DNA of 63,237 nt, the filler included, from Octopus bimaculoides (Eukaryota), in the NCBI RefSeq assembly GCF_001194135.2. It is 5 parts of 5 records of this genome, joined end to end, with 100 filler letters (N's around TTAATTAATTAA, not from the genome) between each part and the next. Parts side by side here need not be neighbours in the genome. Positions count along the whole stretch, not along the records: positions 1 to 24,186 come from NC_068984.1; 4 more parts are not named here. The stretch is one strand, 5' to 3'. A program made the translations under genes and the position numbers. This document shows, piece after piece, positions 1 to 12,530 of this stretch; position 1 is the first letter of the stretch, and each line of letters opens with the position of its first letter. The notes under the pieces were generated by a model that saw only the letters and a list, made by a program, of their open reading frames with translations, was not told the DNA's origin and did not search any database.

Positions 1-40
<40 letters not shown>

Positions 41-764
41 CATGTAATTATGCACGTATTCATGTATGTATGCAAGCATTCATGTTGGCATGTAAACATG
101 GATGAATGTATGCATGTATGTATCTATGTTTTCATGTGTATGCATATGTTTGACTATATACATGTTTGAATGAGAAACATCCCTTTTAATTTTCTATATC
201 ATTTGTATTCTGTGTAAGTCGGACCTTTTTATATGTATACATATATATTTCTTCTATTTCTTGTATTTAATATACTTTATTTATTGATCTGTCTAATTTG
301 CTTTTCCTACATTTAATTCTGTATTTGTATACATGTATATATACATATAAGTACCCATGTATGCCTCAATGTATGTACTTGGCATGTATTTACACACATA
401 TGCATTTATGCATCATATATGCCTGTATGTGTGTGTTTCAAATGTGTAATTTCCTTTCTATTTCTGTATCTGTTGGGCGTCTGTCGTATGTTTGAGAACA
501 AATACAAACTAAACTTGTCTCATCAGAAATTCAATAATTTAATTTCCTTTTCTTCGTTACTGGCCTTGAGAAAAAATGCTACCATTTCAATTCTACTTGA
601 CTCAATGAAGAGGACTCTACATGAACTCTCGATCTTGTAGAAATAGCGGCAAGATTCCTCTAACTACACATTGTTCTTGAAAGAAAAGTGACACCCGTAG
701 CATCGTGTAGTTTTGGATGAATTAAACTCTGGTAAACGAAGAAAAAAAGTATAAGGAAATTGCT

Positions 765-1387
765 TGAACTGAGATCTTAATTGATAGGAAGTGTTATCAT
801 GTACATTGTTTTGCCTTGGTATAAAAGATGGGCTACAGCAAATATTCTGTCAATACCACAGATTTGTTTGTCAGTTGTTTGACCTTAACCAGTTGAGCAT
901 GTCCCTTGGTGGCTGACAACATGTGCATCTCTGATCATGAGCGGAAGTAGTGGGGGAGCATCNNNNNNNNNNNNNNNNNNNNNNNNNNNNNNNNNNNNNN
1001 NNNNNNNNNNNNNNNNNNNNNNNNNNNNNNNNNNNNNNNNNNNNNNNNNNNNNNNNNNNNNNNNNNNNNNNNNNNNNNNNNNNNNNNNNNNNNNNNNNNN
1101 NNNNNNNNNNNNNNNNNNNNNNNNNNNNNNNNNNNNNNNNNNNNNNNNNNNNNNNNNNNNNNNNNNNNNNNNNNNNNNNNNNNNNNNNNNNNNNNNNNNN
1201 NNNNNNNNNNNNNNNNNNNNNNNNNNNNNNNNNNNNNNNNNNNNNNNNNNNNNNNNNNNNNNNNNNNNNNNNNNNNNNNNNNNNNNNNNNNNNNNNNNNN
1301 NNNNNNNNNNNNNNNNNNNNNNNNNNNNNNNNNNNNNNNNNNNNNNNNNNNNNNNNNNNNNNNNNNNNNNNNNNNNNNNNNNNNNNN

Positions 1388-1440
<53 letters not shown>
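765..1440 (+). mobile_element. 3' UTR-like end of a non-LTR retroelement with (AAT)n tail, spanning an N gap
   Basis: 765-962 is the reverse complement of the repeat at 9790-9930 (gggctacagcaaatattctg, ccagttgagcatgt, aagtagtgggggagc). The gap is followed by (TAA)n, matching the tail of the 9440 copy. Confidence 0.55.
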
Positions 1441-1447
<7 letters not shown>

Positions 1448-1481
1448 TGATGATGATGATGATGAGAAGAAGAAGAAGAAG

Positions 1482-1513
<32 letters not shown>

Positions 1514-1644
1514 GAAGAAGATTCAAATTTCCAAGGCCAAAAATTTCGAGGGATGAGGTAAGCCGATTGCATCGACTCCAGTGTCCAGACGGTACTTATT
1601 TTATCGACCCCGACAGGATCAATGGTAAAGTCAATAGTAATCGT

Positions 1645-1855
1645 TTCTACTAAAGGCACACAGCCTGAAATTTGGGGGATGGGTCTAGTCGATTACATTG
1701 ACTCCAGTACTCAACTGGTACTTGATTTATCAACGCCGAAAGGATGAAAGGCAAAATCGACATCGGCGGAATTCGAACTCAGAACGTAAAGACGGACGAA
1801 ATACCGCTAAGCATTTTGCCCGGGCGTGCTAACGGCTCTGCTAGTTCGCCGCCTT
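1645..1855 (-). mobile_element. tRNA-derived SINE-A
   Basis: Reverse complement of ggcgagctggcagaa..cgttagcacgcc..gttctgagttc(a/g)aattccgccga..gcctttcatcctttcgg..gtcgatgtaatcgact..ttgtgcctttagtagaa. Confidence 0.85.
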
Positions 1856-2362
1856 GGCAAAGTCAATAATAATGATATGAAGAAGCAGAAAAAGAATTAC
1901 TGCAAAAATATTCTTATCCTATATTTAATCGGAAAAAGAAACGATTCCTCATTAAAAAGAGAAAAACAAAGCGTGGAGGGAAACGAGAGCTAATTACATT
2001 CGCTTGTATTTCCGAGTTTATTTCTGCCTGTAGCAAATAGCCATTTGCGACAGACAGTCATCCTTTGCAACGTGGTGTTTTTCTCGGGTCAACGACCAGG
2101 ATAGAAACGTGTGGATTTTTTTTCAGGTTAATTTCTCCTTTTTTTTTCCTTTCTGGCCGTCTTTCTTTTCTTCCTTTTCTATCATATTTCCTTCCTATTT
2201 TTTCTTCTTTTTCTATTATATTTCCTGTTTATATTGATATATACACGCGGGTGTGTGGTTAGAAGTTCCCAACAAGATGGCTCTAGGTACAGTTTCCACT
2301 GTCGTGGCACCTTGGGAAAGCGTCTTCTTCCATAACCTCGGGCTGACCAAAGGTTTGTAAGT

Positions 2363-3116
2363 TGGCGAAAAACCTTATCTTCATCAGCAAGTATTACCGA
2401 CTGAAAAATTTTCAACATGCCACGTTGAAGTCTGCCGGCGTTTTTGCCAGAACCAGAAATCATGTTCTAAGTATATCCAAGTACCAAAATATATAGCCTT
2501 GGGCTATATAGGTATGTTAAAAATTCTTTAATCCTTTCACCCGACTTTCTGATTTTCTGTCTTATTTTTCAGTGTTATTGGTGGTTTGAATGAGTGTTTT
2601 AACTCTTCTTTCTAGCGCTTAGGCACCATGTGTGCCCTTATGATTGATATAAATTTTAATCCTATAGCTATCTAAATCTATTTTTGGCCTGCAACCACCT
2701 ATATTATTGCTGTTGTTATTATCAACTATTTATATTACCTCAGATAATAATAACAATAATAATATCTATATAAATATTCTCTTCTGAATATTTACTCCTT
2801 ATTAGTATTTTTACACTGATGCTGTTCCGATTTTGGCGCAAAACAATTCAGAACGCCGACAGACTTCAACGTGATGTGTTGAAAATTCTTTCAATCGGTC
2901 ATACTTACTGATGAAGGTAAGTTTTTTCACCAGAACCAGAAATTATGATCCAAATATATCGAAATACAAAAATATATAGCATTGAGCTATATAGGTACGT
3001 TAAAAATTCTTTAACCCGTTCGCCCGACTACTGTTGATTTTCTGTCGTATTTTTCAGTATTATTGATGGTTTGAATGAAGGTTTTAACTCTTCTTGTGCG
3101 CCCTTATGCGCCCTTA

Positions 3117-3118
<2 letters not shown>
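2363..3118. repeat. Local ~270-bp duplication with an internal ~85-bp inversion
   Basis: 2449-2640 aligns to 2932-3118 in direct orientation; 2363-2449 aligns to 2834-2932 in reverse orientation. Confidence 0.8.
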
Positions 3119-3160
<42 letters not shown>

Positions 3161-3981
3161 TATTAGTGTTCACTGTCCGATAAAGGAGCAAGGAGCGCCG
3201 AGTATCATAGTATATAAATATAAATAAATTTTGTTTTGGCCAAATCAGCGTCTTGCTACACCTAGGCAAGTCATAGATATGCATACATTGGAACACACAC
3301 ATATACACATGTATTTCTATATTCGTGCACAGATACTCGTACATACATACACTCATATGTGTGTATTCTGTTGTATGTGTTAAGCGTGATACCATCAAAA
3401 TTTAACACCAGGGAATGACCTACATGATATTTCAATCATATACATTGAAACTTTGCCTGAAAAAGCTATTGACCAGAATATGCTATAAACCGATCAAATT
3501 TACTTGCTTACCTTGTGCAACGTGGAGGATAATATTTAATCAACTAGCGTGTATATTTTGAAGCTTTATTTAATTCCTTCGAACAAACAGCAATATGGTG
3601 TTAAATCATGTATGGATCTTACAACAAACTCGGATGTCCAAACATCAACAGAGGAACGTTTGCACTACAGACATATTTGTTAAGGTTGAAAAACCTACAC
3701 ATGCGTGTAAACAGATTAAAGATTGTCTCCATAGATTCCTAGCATGCAGCGTAGCAGCTTCGTGATTTGACGGTATCATGCACTTTAGCTTAACTAATAA
3801 AATCTATTCTTTGACCTGATATTATTCCATAGACATTCTTATAAAATGTATACAGTGAATCAATCACGTAAGAATAATCAAATGTTTGTAGATCCATGCA
3901 CCAGTGGATGTTGAAGTACAAAGGATCATCAAAGATCAAATGCCATTTCTGAAATATAAAGTATGTAATACGCATGCGTGG

Positions 3982-4430
3982 CTGTGTGATAGGAAGCTTG
4001 CTTTCCTACCACACGATTCCGTGTACATTCCCACTGCGTGGCACCTTGGGCAAGTGTCATCTACTATAACCTCGGGCCGACCAAAGCCTCGTGAGTGGAT
4101 TTGGCAGACGGAAACTGAATGTGTATATATATATATGTACATATATATACACACACATATATGCGTATATATATGCGTGTGTGTGTGTGAGTGTGTGTGT
4201 GTGTATGTGTGCGTGTGTATGTATATATCTGTGTGTGTCTTTCTGTCTGTTTTTATCACCCCGTCGTCGCTTGACAGCCAGTGTTGGTATGTTTATACCT
4301 CCCTAACATAGCGGTTCAGAAATAGAGCCGATAGAATAAGTCCTGCGGTCGATTTGTTTGACTTAAACACTTCAAGGTGGTGCTCCAGTATGGCCTCACA
4401 CATATGGCTGAAACAAGTCAAAAAATAAAA
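3982..4430 (+). mobile_element. tRNA-derived SINE-B, full length, with internal TA/TG microsatellite
   Basis: A-box-like tggctgtgtg, body ttgggcaagtgtc..gtgagtggatttgg..ggaaactgaa, microsatellite, tail ggtgctccagtatggcc..ctgaaacaag. Confidence 0.85.
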
Positions 4431-4689
4431 TCAAAGAATATACCTACACATACATACTGGAATATATGTTAGTGAAAATGTGTACGACTTGGTATCAGTA
4501 TACACCACATTTTCCCTACGAGAATAAATGTTTCCTCATGCTTAACGCACTGATTTCTATATTCACTTCATCTTTGTTCTTTTACATATAAAAAGAACGC
4601 ACACACACACACATACAAAAACATACTTACACACATACACATACAAACATACACATCGACCCACATGTTTATAAATATATATCCTTTTC

Positions 4690-4897
4690 TTCTCTAGGCA
4701 CAAGGCCCAACATTTTTGGGGCGGGGGAAATTCGATTAGATCGACCCCAGTACGCAACTGGTGCTTAATTTATCGACCCCGAAAGGATGAAAGGCAAAGT
4801 CGACCTCGGCGGAATTTGAACTCAAGACGTAAAGACAGACGAAATACTGCGAAGCATTTCGCCCGGCGTACTAACGTTTCTGCCAGTTCGCTGCCTT
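4690..4897 (-). mobile_element. SINE-A, CpG-intact
   Basis: gtcgacctcggcggaatttgaactc at 4799 plus conserved body and tail. Confidence 0.85.
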
Positions 4898-5016
4898 TGT
4901 TTATAAATATATTGGCTACTTGATGTTCTCGGATAGGTCATTGATGTAAACACTTCTGATGCTAACCCAATGATGACCAAGAATCCAATAAGGCTTATCA
5001 TCATTTTTTCGAAAGT

Positions 5017-5052
5017 CTTTTACGTTTTGAGCCTACGCTCTTCAACAGAAAG
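5017..5052 (-). ncRNA. Minimal hammerhead-ribozyme-like motif (decayed), Penelope/retrozyme type
   Basis: Minus strand reads cttt-CTGTTGA-a-gagc(gtag)gctc-AAAAC-GTA-aaag: helix I, stem II, AC/GT palindrome and GUA site; A6 and G12 are mutated. Confidence 0.5.
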
Positions 5053-5124
5053 GAACATAGAAATAAACAGGGAGATAAAATAAAAATAAAAGAAAGGTTT
5101 AGTGGCTAGCGAACTATCATGGTG

Positions 5125-5179
<55 letters not shown>

Positions 5180-5190
<11 letters not shown>

Positions 5191-5591
5191 TCTTTTACTT
5201 GTTGCAGTCATTTGACTGCGCCCATATTAGAGCACCGCCTAAAAGGTTTTCTATTCGAAAAAATCGACCCAAAGCTTATTCTTTGTAAGCCTAGTACTTA
5301 TTCCATCATACACCGCTAGGTTACGGTGTCATAAACAAACCAACATCGGTTATCAAACGATGGTGGTTGAATAAACACAGGCATAAAGGCTCATGCACAT
5401 AAATACACACACCTACACACATATACCACGGGCGTCTTTCAGTTTCCGTCTGCCAAATCCACTCACAATGCTTTGGTTGGTCCGAGGCTGTAGTAGAAAG
5501 CACCTGCCGAAGTGCTATGCAGTGGGAACGAACCACCGAACCGGGAAACTGCGGTCGGGAAGCAAGCTTCTTTCCACACAGTCACGCCTGC

Positions 5592-5592
<1 letters not shown>
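5180..5592 (-). mobile_element. SINE-B
   Basis: Reverse-complement match to the 3982-4430 copy. Confidence 0.85.
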
Positions 5593-5634
<42 letters not shown>

Positions 5635-6349
5635 NNNNNNNNNNNNNNNNNNNNNNNNNNNNNNNNNNNNNNNNNNNNNNNNNNNNNNNNNNNNNNNNNN
5701 NNNNNNNNNNNNNNNNNNNNNNNNNNNNNNNNNNNNNNNNNNNNNNNNNNNNNNNNNNNNNNNNNNNNNNNNNNNNNNNNNNNNNNNNNNNNNNNNNNNN
5801 NNNNNNNNNNNNNNNNNNNNNNNNNNNNNNNNNNNNNNNNNNNNNNNNNNNNNNNNNNNNNNNNNNNNNNNNNNNNNNNNNNNNNNNNNNNNNNNNNNNN
5901 NNNNNNNNNNNNNNNNNNNNNNNNNNNNNNNNNNNNNNNNNNNNNNNNNNNNNNNNNNNNNNNNNNNNNNNNNNNNNNNNNNNNNNNNNNNNNNNNNNNN
6001 NNNNNNNNNNNNNNNNNNNNNNNNNNNNNNNNNNNNNNNNNNNNNNNNNNNNNNNNNNNNNNNNNNNNNNNNNNNNNNNNNNNNNNNNNNNNNNNNNNNN
6101 NNNNNNNNNNNNNNNNNNNNNNNNNNNNNNNNNNNNNNNNNNNATTATATCAAATGACATGAAAGTTGATTTTTCTTTCAACGAAATTGTTTTCAAGATA
6201 ATTTGAAATCTGCATACAAAATTTGTATTAAATTTAAATTATTTTACAACGAGTTGTTAAATCAATTGTACTTAAAAGACAAGAGGAGAAACTCTATAAA
6301 TATGAAGCAGGTACTGATGTATGCAAAGCGTTCTAAACGAATTAGAGTT

Positions 6350-6720
6350 TGTATCTTGGTTGGAGAAGGGGAACTTAAACCTTATGTATATTGTTAGCGG
6401 CGCTCAAAATGTAGGCGTGATACCTTCTAGGAAGCAATTAACAAATTAAAAGACAGCTAACTTTCAGACCGCTGAACTTAAAGACTACGCAGTGTATACG
6501 TTCTGGTATATACAAATTTTGGTAGCGACTTTTTGGAGAAAGAATACTTCAACTTTGTAGCAATCGTCAACGGCTCTCAAAATATAGGGAAGGTAATTTC
6601 TAGGAGGCAGTCATTAAATTAACAGAAAATTTAATTTTCGCGCTTGAGAGCTACACTGTGTAAAGGTGGTTTATATAACAATATTTTCTATTCTGGCAGT
6701 GAATTTCATCGAGTGATTTC
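6350..6720. repeat. Degenerate tandem repeat, 173-bp period
   Basis: ttggagaa at 6360 and 6533; cggc(g/t)ctcaaaat(g/a)tagg at 6398 and 6571. Confidence 0.65.
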
Positions 6721-6889
6721 CAACAACAAATTAAGAATTAAGATGAAGCGGTTGATGTATTAGAATTTGAGAAGAGAGTCAAGCAAAGAACATTTTAGTT
6801 AAGTTTCCTAAGATCCCCAGAATGCCACTTTTCCACGGACATATATTAGATATTAGATATTGTTATTATGAAAGTCAAGATCAAAGCCG

Positions 6890-7340
6890 CGAACTAGCTG
6901 ATAGAATCGTTAGCACGCCGGAAAATTGTTTATCATCATTTATTCCGACTCTTTACGTTCTGAGTTAAAATGCCACAAAGGCCGACTTTGCTTTTTATCC
7001 CTTTCGATATCGACAAAGTAAGTTTCTTATTTCTTTATTGCCCACAAGGGGCTAAACATAGAGGGGACAAACAAGGACAGACAAATGTATTAAGTCGATT
7101 GCTTCGACCCCAGTGCGTAACTGGTACTTAATTTATCGACCCCGAAAGGATTAAAGGCAAAGTCAACCTCGGCGGAATTTGAACTCAGAACGTAACGGCA
7201 GACGAAGCATTTCGCCCGGCGTGCTAACGTTTCTGCCAGCTCACCGCCGTAAGCTTCTATTGAGCAGTATACTTAATGTAATCATCTACTTCTCTCTACC
7301 AAAATTCCAGATATTGTGCCTATAAGAGAAAGGATTATCA
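6890..7340. mobile_element. Old SINE-A (+) interrupted by a young Tx1-tailed SINE-A (-) at 7028-7248
   Basis: Target-site duplication gtaagtttct (7018-7027) and gtaagcttct (7249-7258); host SINE body resumes after 7258. Confidence 0.85.
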
Positions 7341-7731
7341 AGCTCAAAATCAGCCATATCTATATTTTAAATATTTTCGTTACTCGATGCACTCTTTCCT
7401 CTTTTTAAAAGTGTTAGGGTTTGCGGATTGACAAAGTCGTTAGTCTTTTTCATAATCCCTATGTGCTTCTGTTTTCAAATCCCGCCAAGTTTAACTTTAT
7501 TTCACCACTCGCCAATGTCGATGATAAAAGCCTACCAGATGTTCCATTCTTGATAAGAGTTTCGGTGTGTGTCAGTCTATACAATGACGGTAACTAAAAG
7601 CAAAAAAAAAAAAAAAAAATGAAAAAAAAAAGCGAAGACATTAGCTTTATGAAGACGCTCTGAGTATCTGCCTAGCTTCAGTTGAGCTGCACCAATCATC
7701 ACGTAAAATAGGGGTCATTTTTCTATTGCAG

Positions 7732-7767
7732 CCTGTATAAAATGCCAAACAAGTGCTGAAGTCTATG
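7732..7767 (+). CDS. Candidate 36-nt phase-1/phase-1 exon, (A)CIKCQTSAEVY(G)
   Basis: Acceptor tttttctattgcag, donor ATG|gtatag, only one open frame; unsupported by other exons. Confidence 0.25.
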
Positions 7768-9436
7768 GTATAGCTTACTCCTTCTCTTAAAATTGCTGAC
7801 CTGGCACTTAAATTTGAAACTGTTGATGTCAGTTGATCGACAACATGATATCACCGTCATTAGAATCAGTTATCATATGGACCCATCCAGACGTAGACAA
7901 AGTTGTGCATATATAAAATACATTTTGATTTTCTATAAAAGAACGCTATGTCCCGTATTCACCTGACTTAAATATAATGAATTACTCAGAAAAATAAAAC
8001 CTAGATATTAACGATACCTTTCACAGATAGTATTGATTTCGTTCTTCGTTTATATATCTATTGATAGGTTTAGGAGAATGTTTCTATCGGTGTATATAAC
8101 CTTATACGATATAAACAACAACAACAACAATTATAGCTGTTACACCTAAATGAAAGTGAACGTGACATATTGGCCGTGTATATCACGTTGAAATGAGTTC
8201 CTATGATACTGACTACATCACGTGTATTTCATTTGCAAAAATTCAATGCAAATTATTTCTTTTCGCTTTTTAATAGGCTTCTTTATTTAGAATATTTGAA
8301 TTTATAGCTAGAATTCTTATCGATCGTTTATTATCATTTTTCAGAACTGAGGTAGAAATCCATAATATGAAAACTGAGTATATATAATGAGACCAAATGT
8401 GTTGCTATTATACTGAGAGCTGACAGAACCATGAGGGCATTAAAAGAGATGCTTTATTGTATTTGTAATGGTTCCTTACGTCCAGGGTTCGAATCCCGTT
8501 GAGGTGAATTTTGCTTTTCGCCCCTTCTGGATCCACAAAGTAATGTTCGAGTCAAGTACTGGTGTCAATGGTATACAAAAACACTTTCCGTCCAAATTGT
8601 TGGTCATGTGTCAACATTTGAAACAAATATGAAAGTTACAGGATCGTTTGCAGACCGGAAAAAAATGTTTAGAGGTAAGTTTCCGGTACTTAACATACTT
8701 ATTTCAGATCCCGTTGAGGGCAACTTTAAAATTTATCCTTTCGGGGTTGACAAAATAAAATAGCAGTTAAGTAGTGGACTCACTGTGATCGATAAAATCA
8801 ATTAAATCCCATTCTTCAAAATTTAGACTTGCGCCAAAATTTGAAAACGTTATTATTATTATTAAATTCAAATTACGATAAACGTAAACAAACGAAATTT
8901 GCTTTTAGAAGGGTTGAGATGTCTTAGAAAATTAAAGAAGTGATTTTAAATTCTCAAACGCAGGATAATGCTAATAATATAGCCTGAACAGGATAAACTA
9001 CCCCTATTTTGCAGNNNNNNNNNNNNNNNNNNNNNNNNNNNNNNNNNNNNNNNNNNNNNNNNNNNNNNNNNNNNNNNNNNNNNNNNNNNNNNNNNNNNNN
9101 NNNNNNNNNNNNNNNNNNNNNNNNNNNNNNNNNNNNNNNNNNNNNNNNNNNNNNNNNNNNNNNNNNNNNNNNNNNNNNNNNNNNNNNNNNNNNNNNNNNN
9201 NNNNNNNNNNNNNNNNNNNNNNNNNNNNNNNNNNNNNNNNNNNNNNNNNNNNNNNNNNNNNNNNNNNNTATTCCTTATTTTTATTTTCCTAATAGTCAAG
9301 ACTATTGAAAAGATTGCAAGACGCAACGAAAATTTTAGGAAAATAAAAATAAGGAATAAATAGAAATTTTACCGGTGAGTGTGTTAAATTATAAGGCACA
9401 AAAAAGAAAGAAAATGACTCTCCCCAGACACAACAG

Positions 9437-9439
<3 letters not shown>

Positions 9440-9475
<36 letters not shown>

Positions 9476-9930
9476 GAGTGAGAGAGCAGTGCATGCAATC
9501 AAAGTGACGCTGGGTTACGTATATACCCATCATGACTATCCGTCTGATAAAGGTAAACCAGTCACATGAATCACAACCATATGTGCGTGACATGATGATC
9601 TAATATCAAGGTAAACAGTAGATGACCTTGCAGGAGGGACCCAGTTAGAATTATCTTCCAGTCGACTAGCACATCCCTCTCTAAAGGTCCCTGAATAAGA
9701 GCTGTTTATGGATAATGAATGAAACACCCATGTTTCCAGCGTTGTATTATTCAAACCCCAAACACATGGTAATGAAGCTCCCCCACTACTTCTGCTCGCG
9801 ATCACCCACTAGAGAACATGCTCAACTGGTTACGGTTAAACAACCGACAAGCAGAATATTTGCTGTCGCCCTTCTTTTACACCAAGACTAAACATGATAG
9901 TACTTTCAATCAGTTAAGGTTATAAGCCAT
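9440..9930 (-). mobile_element. Second copy of the (AAT)n-tailed retroelement 3' region
   Basis: Minus strand ends ctctctcactc-(aat)n; homologous to 765-962. Confidence 0.6.
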
Positions 9931-9989
9931 AGGACCCAGTACCTCGTACTGCATTAGGTTACTTATTATTATTATTATTATTATCATTA

Positions 9990-10385
9990 TGGCAACGAGC
10001 TGGCAGAACCGTTAGCTCTGCTTAGCGGCATTTCGCTCTCAAATTCCACTGAGGACAACTCTGTCTTGCATCCTTTCGGGATCGATAAATTACGTACCAA
10101 TCTCCTACCCCAAAATTTCAGGTCTTGTGCCTTTAGTGGAAAGGTTTTTTATCAATATTAATATCATCAAGGCAGCGAGCTGGTAGGACCGTTAGCACCT
10201 CAGACAAAATGCTTAGCATTTCGTGCGGATTGAGTTCTGAGTTCAAATTTCGCTGAGGTCAACCTTGCTTTGCATCCTTTCGGGGTCGATAAATTAAGTA
10301 CCAATGGAACACTGGGATTGATGTAACCAACAAGTCCCATCCCCCAAAATTTCAGGCCTTGTGCCTTTAGTAGAAACGATTATCC
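9990..10385 (+). mobile_element. Two head-to-tail SINE-A copies following an (ATT)n tract
   Basis: ggcaacgagctggcagaaccgttag at 9990 and ggcagcgagctggtaggaccgttag at 10170, each with body and tail. Confidence 0.85.
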
Positions 10386-10586
10386 TCATGTTTCTTTAGT
10401 TGTAAAACGGTAAAATTACAGTAAAAATTATATAAATGGAATTGATATGAAGACTGGATTTTCTCACTGGATACAGACAGTCTATTTTTGGAGAAAATAC
10501 TCAAAGTATGTGTTTCGTATTTTTGATATGAAGACTCTTGCTTAATTCTGTAATAAAAAAATAAAATTAATGAAATATTCTAATAT

Positions 10587-10967
10587 GTTGTTGTTGGCAC
10601 TCCGTCGCTTACGACGTCGAGGGTTTCAGTTAATCCGATCAACGGAACAGCCTGCTCCTGAAATTAACGTGCAAGTGGCTGAGCGCTCCACAGACACGTG
10701 TACCCATAACGTAGTTCTCGGGGAGATTCAGCGTGACACAGTGTGCCAAGGCTGGCCCTTTTAAATACAGGTACAATAGAAACAGGAAGTAAGAGAAAGT
10801 TGTGGTGAAAGAGTACAGCAGGGTTCGCCATCATCTCCTGCCGGAGCCTCGTGAAGCTTTAGGTGTTTTCGCTCAATAAACACTCACAGCGCCCGGTCTG
10901 GGAATCGAAACCGCGATCCTATGTCCGCGAGTCCGCTGCCCTAACCACTGGGCCATTGCGTCTCCAC
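10587..10967 (-). mobile_element. tRNA-Arg-like SINE-C
   Basis: Minus-strand head gtggagacgcaatggcccagtggttagggcagcggactcgcgg..gtttcgattccc; imperfect TSD attctaatat/attgtaatat; near-identical to 19831-20206. Confidence 0.85.
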
Positions 10968-11422
10968 ATTGTAATATAAGGACGGTAGTAATTCAAAATC
11001 ACAATAGCGGTCATTCTGAAATGACAAAAGTAGCATATAGTTTATTCATGTATTTATTCCTGTTAGCAATGGATATTCTTATATCATAAGGAATGTTATG
11101 CTAACAAATATTATTTTCCAAAACTTCGGCTTGACCTTTAGTGACTGTTACTTTCCCCAGCTATGTAGAACCAGCAAAGGCTTCTTGTTGTCTAGAGAAT
11201 GGATGGTAGTGCCAATTCACTAGCTAAGTCTCAATTTCAATGTCTCCGTTTAATAAAGAACAATCCATCTATTACAACAGAAACGATATTTGCTCGTCAA
11301 TCTAAAATTTTTCTCCAAATTTTGGTATCTTTTTATTTCTTGCCCGATTTTCTTTTTTTTCTTAAATACTATTTGCGACATAGCAAAATATCCTGTCTTA
11401 CAAATTTCACTTTTATTTATGG

Positions 11423-11710
11423 TCATCGAGCTGCCAGAATCGTTAGAGCGTCGTTTGCAATATTTATTCTGATTCTTTACCATCTGAGTTCAGATTTCAC
11501 TGCGATCAACATTACCTTTCCTTCCTCCGGAGCTGATGAAATAAAGTACAGGGCGATAGTATCAACTCTCTCCTATCAAAATTGCTAGTCTTGTGCCTAA
11601 GTCAGAAACAATTCTTCTTCTTCTTCTTCTTCTTCTTCTTCTTCTTCTTCTTCTTCTTCTTCTTCTTCTTCTTCTTCTTCTTCTTCTTCTTCTTCTTCTT
11701 CTTCTTCTTC

Positions 11711-11746
<36 letters not shown>

Positions 11747-12262
11747 TAATAATAAAAAATCAAACATAAAATAATAATAATAATAATAGTAATAGTAATA
11801 ATAATAATAACAATAACAATCCTTTCTATAATGGGTATAAGGCCTGAGATTTTCGGGAGGTGGTTAGTCGATTATATTGACCCAGTGCCTGTGTGGTGGT
11901 TAATTCATCGACACTGAAATGATAAAAGGCAAAGTCGATCTCGGCAGAATTTGAACTCAGAATGCAAAGGCGGAAGAAACGCTGCATAGGATTTTGTCCG
12001 GCGAGGTAACGATTCTGCCAGCTCACTGTCTCAGTAATAATAATAATCCTTTTTTACTAAAGGCACAAGACCTGAAATTTGGAGGGAAGGGACTAGTCGC
12101 TTACATCGACCCCCTGTATTTCATTGGTACATAATTTATCGATTCCAAAAGGATGCAAGGCAAAGTCAACCTCGGCAGAATTTGAACTCAGAACGTAAAG
12201 ACGGGCGGAATACTATTAAACATTTCATCCAGCTTACTAACGATTCAACCAGCTCACCGCCT
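11423..12262. mobile_element. SINE-A cluster: one + copy and two - copies around (CTT)n(TAA)n
   Basis: + copy 11423-11612; - copies 11820-12030 and 12045-12262. Confidence 0.8.
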
Positions 12263-12264
12263 TC

Positions 12265-12530
<266 letters not shown>

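Noticed and set aside
10890-10967. tRNA-Arg(TCG)-like sequence (also 20130-20206 and 42180-42245)
   Set aside because: These are SINE heads continuing into SINE bodies, not tRNA genes
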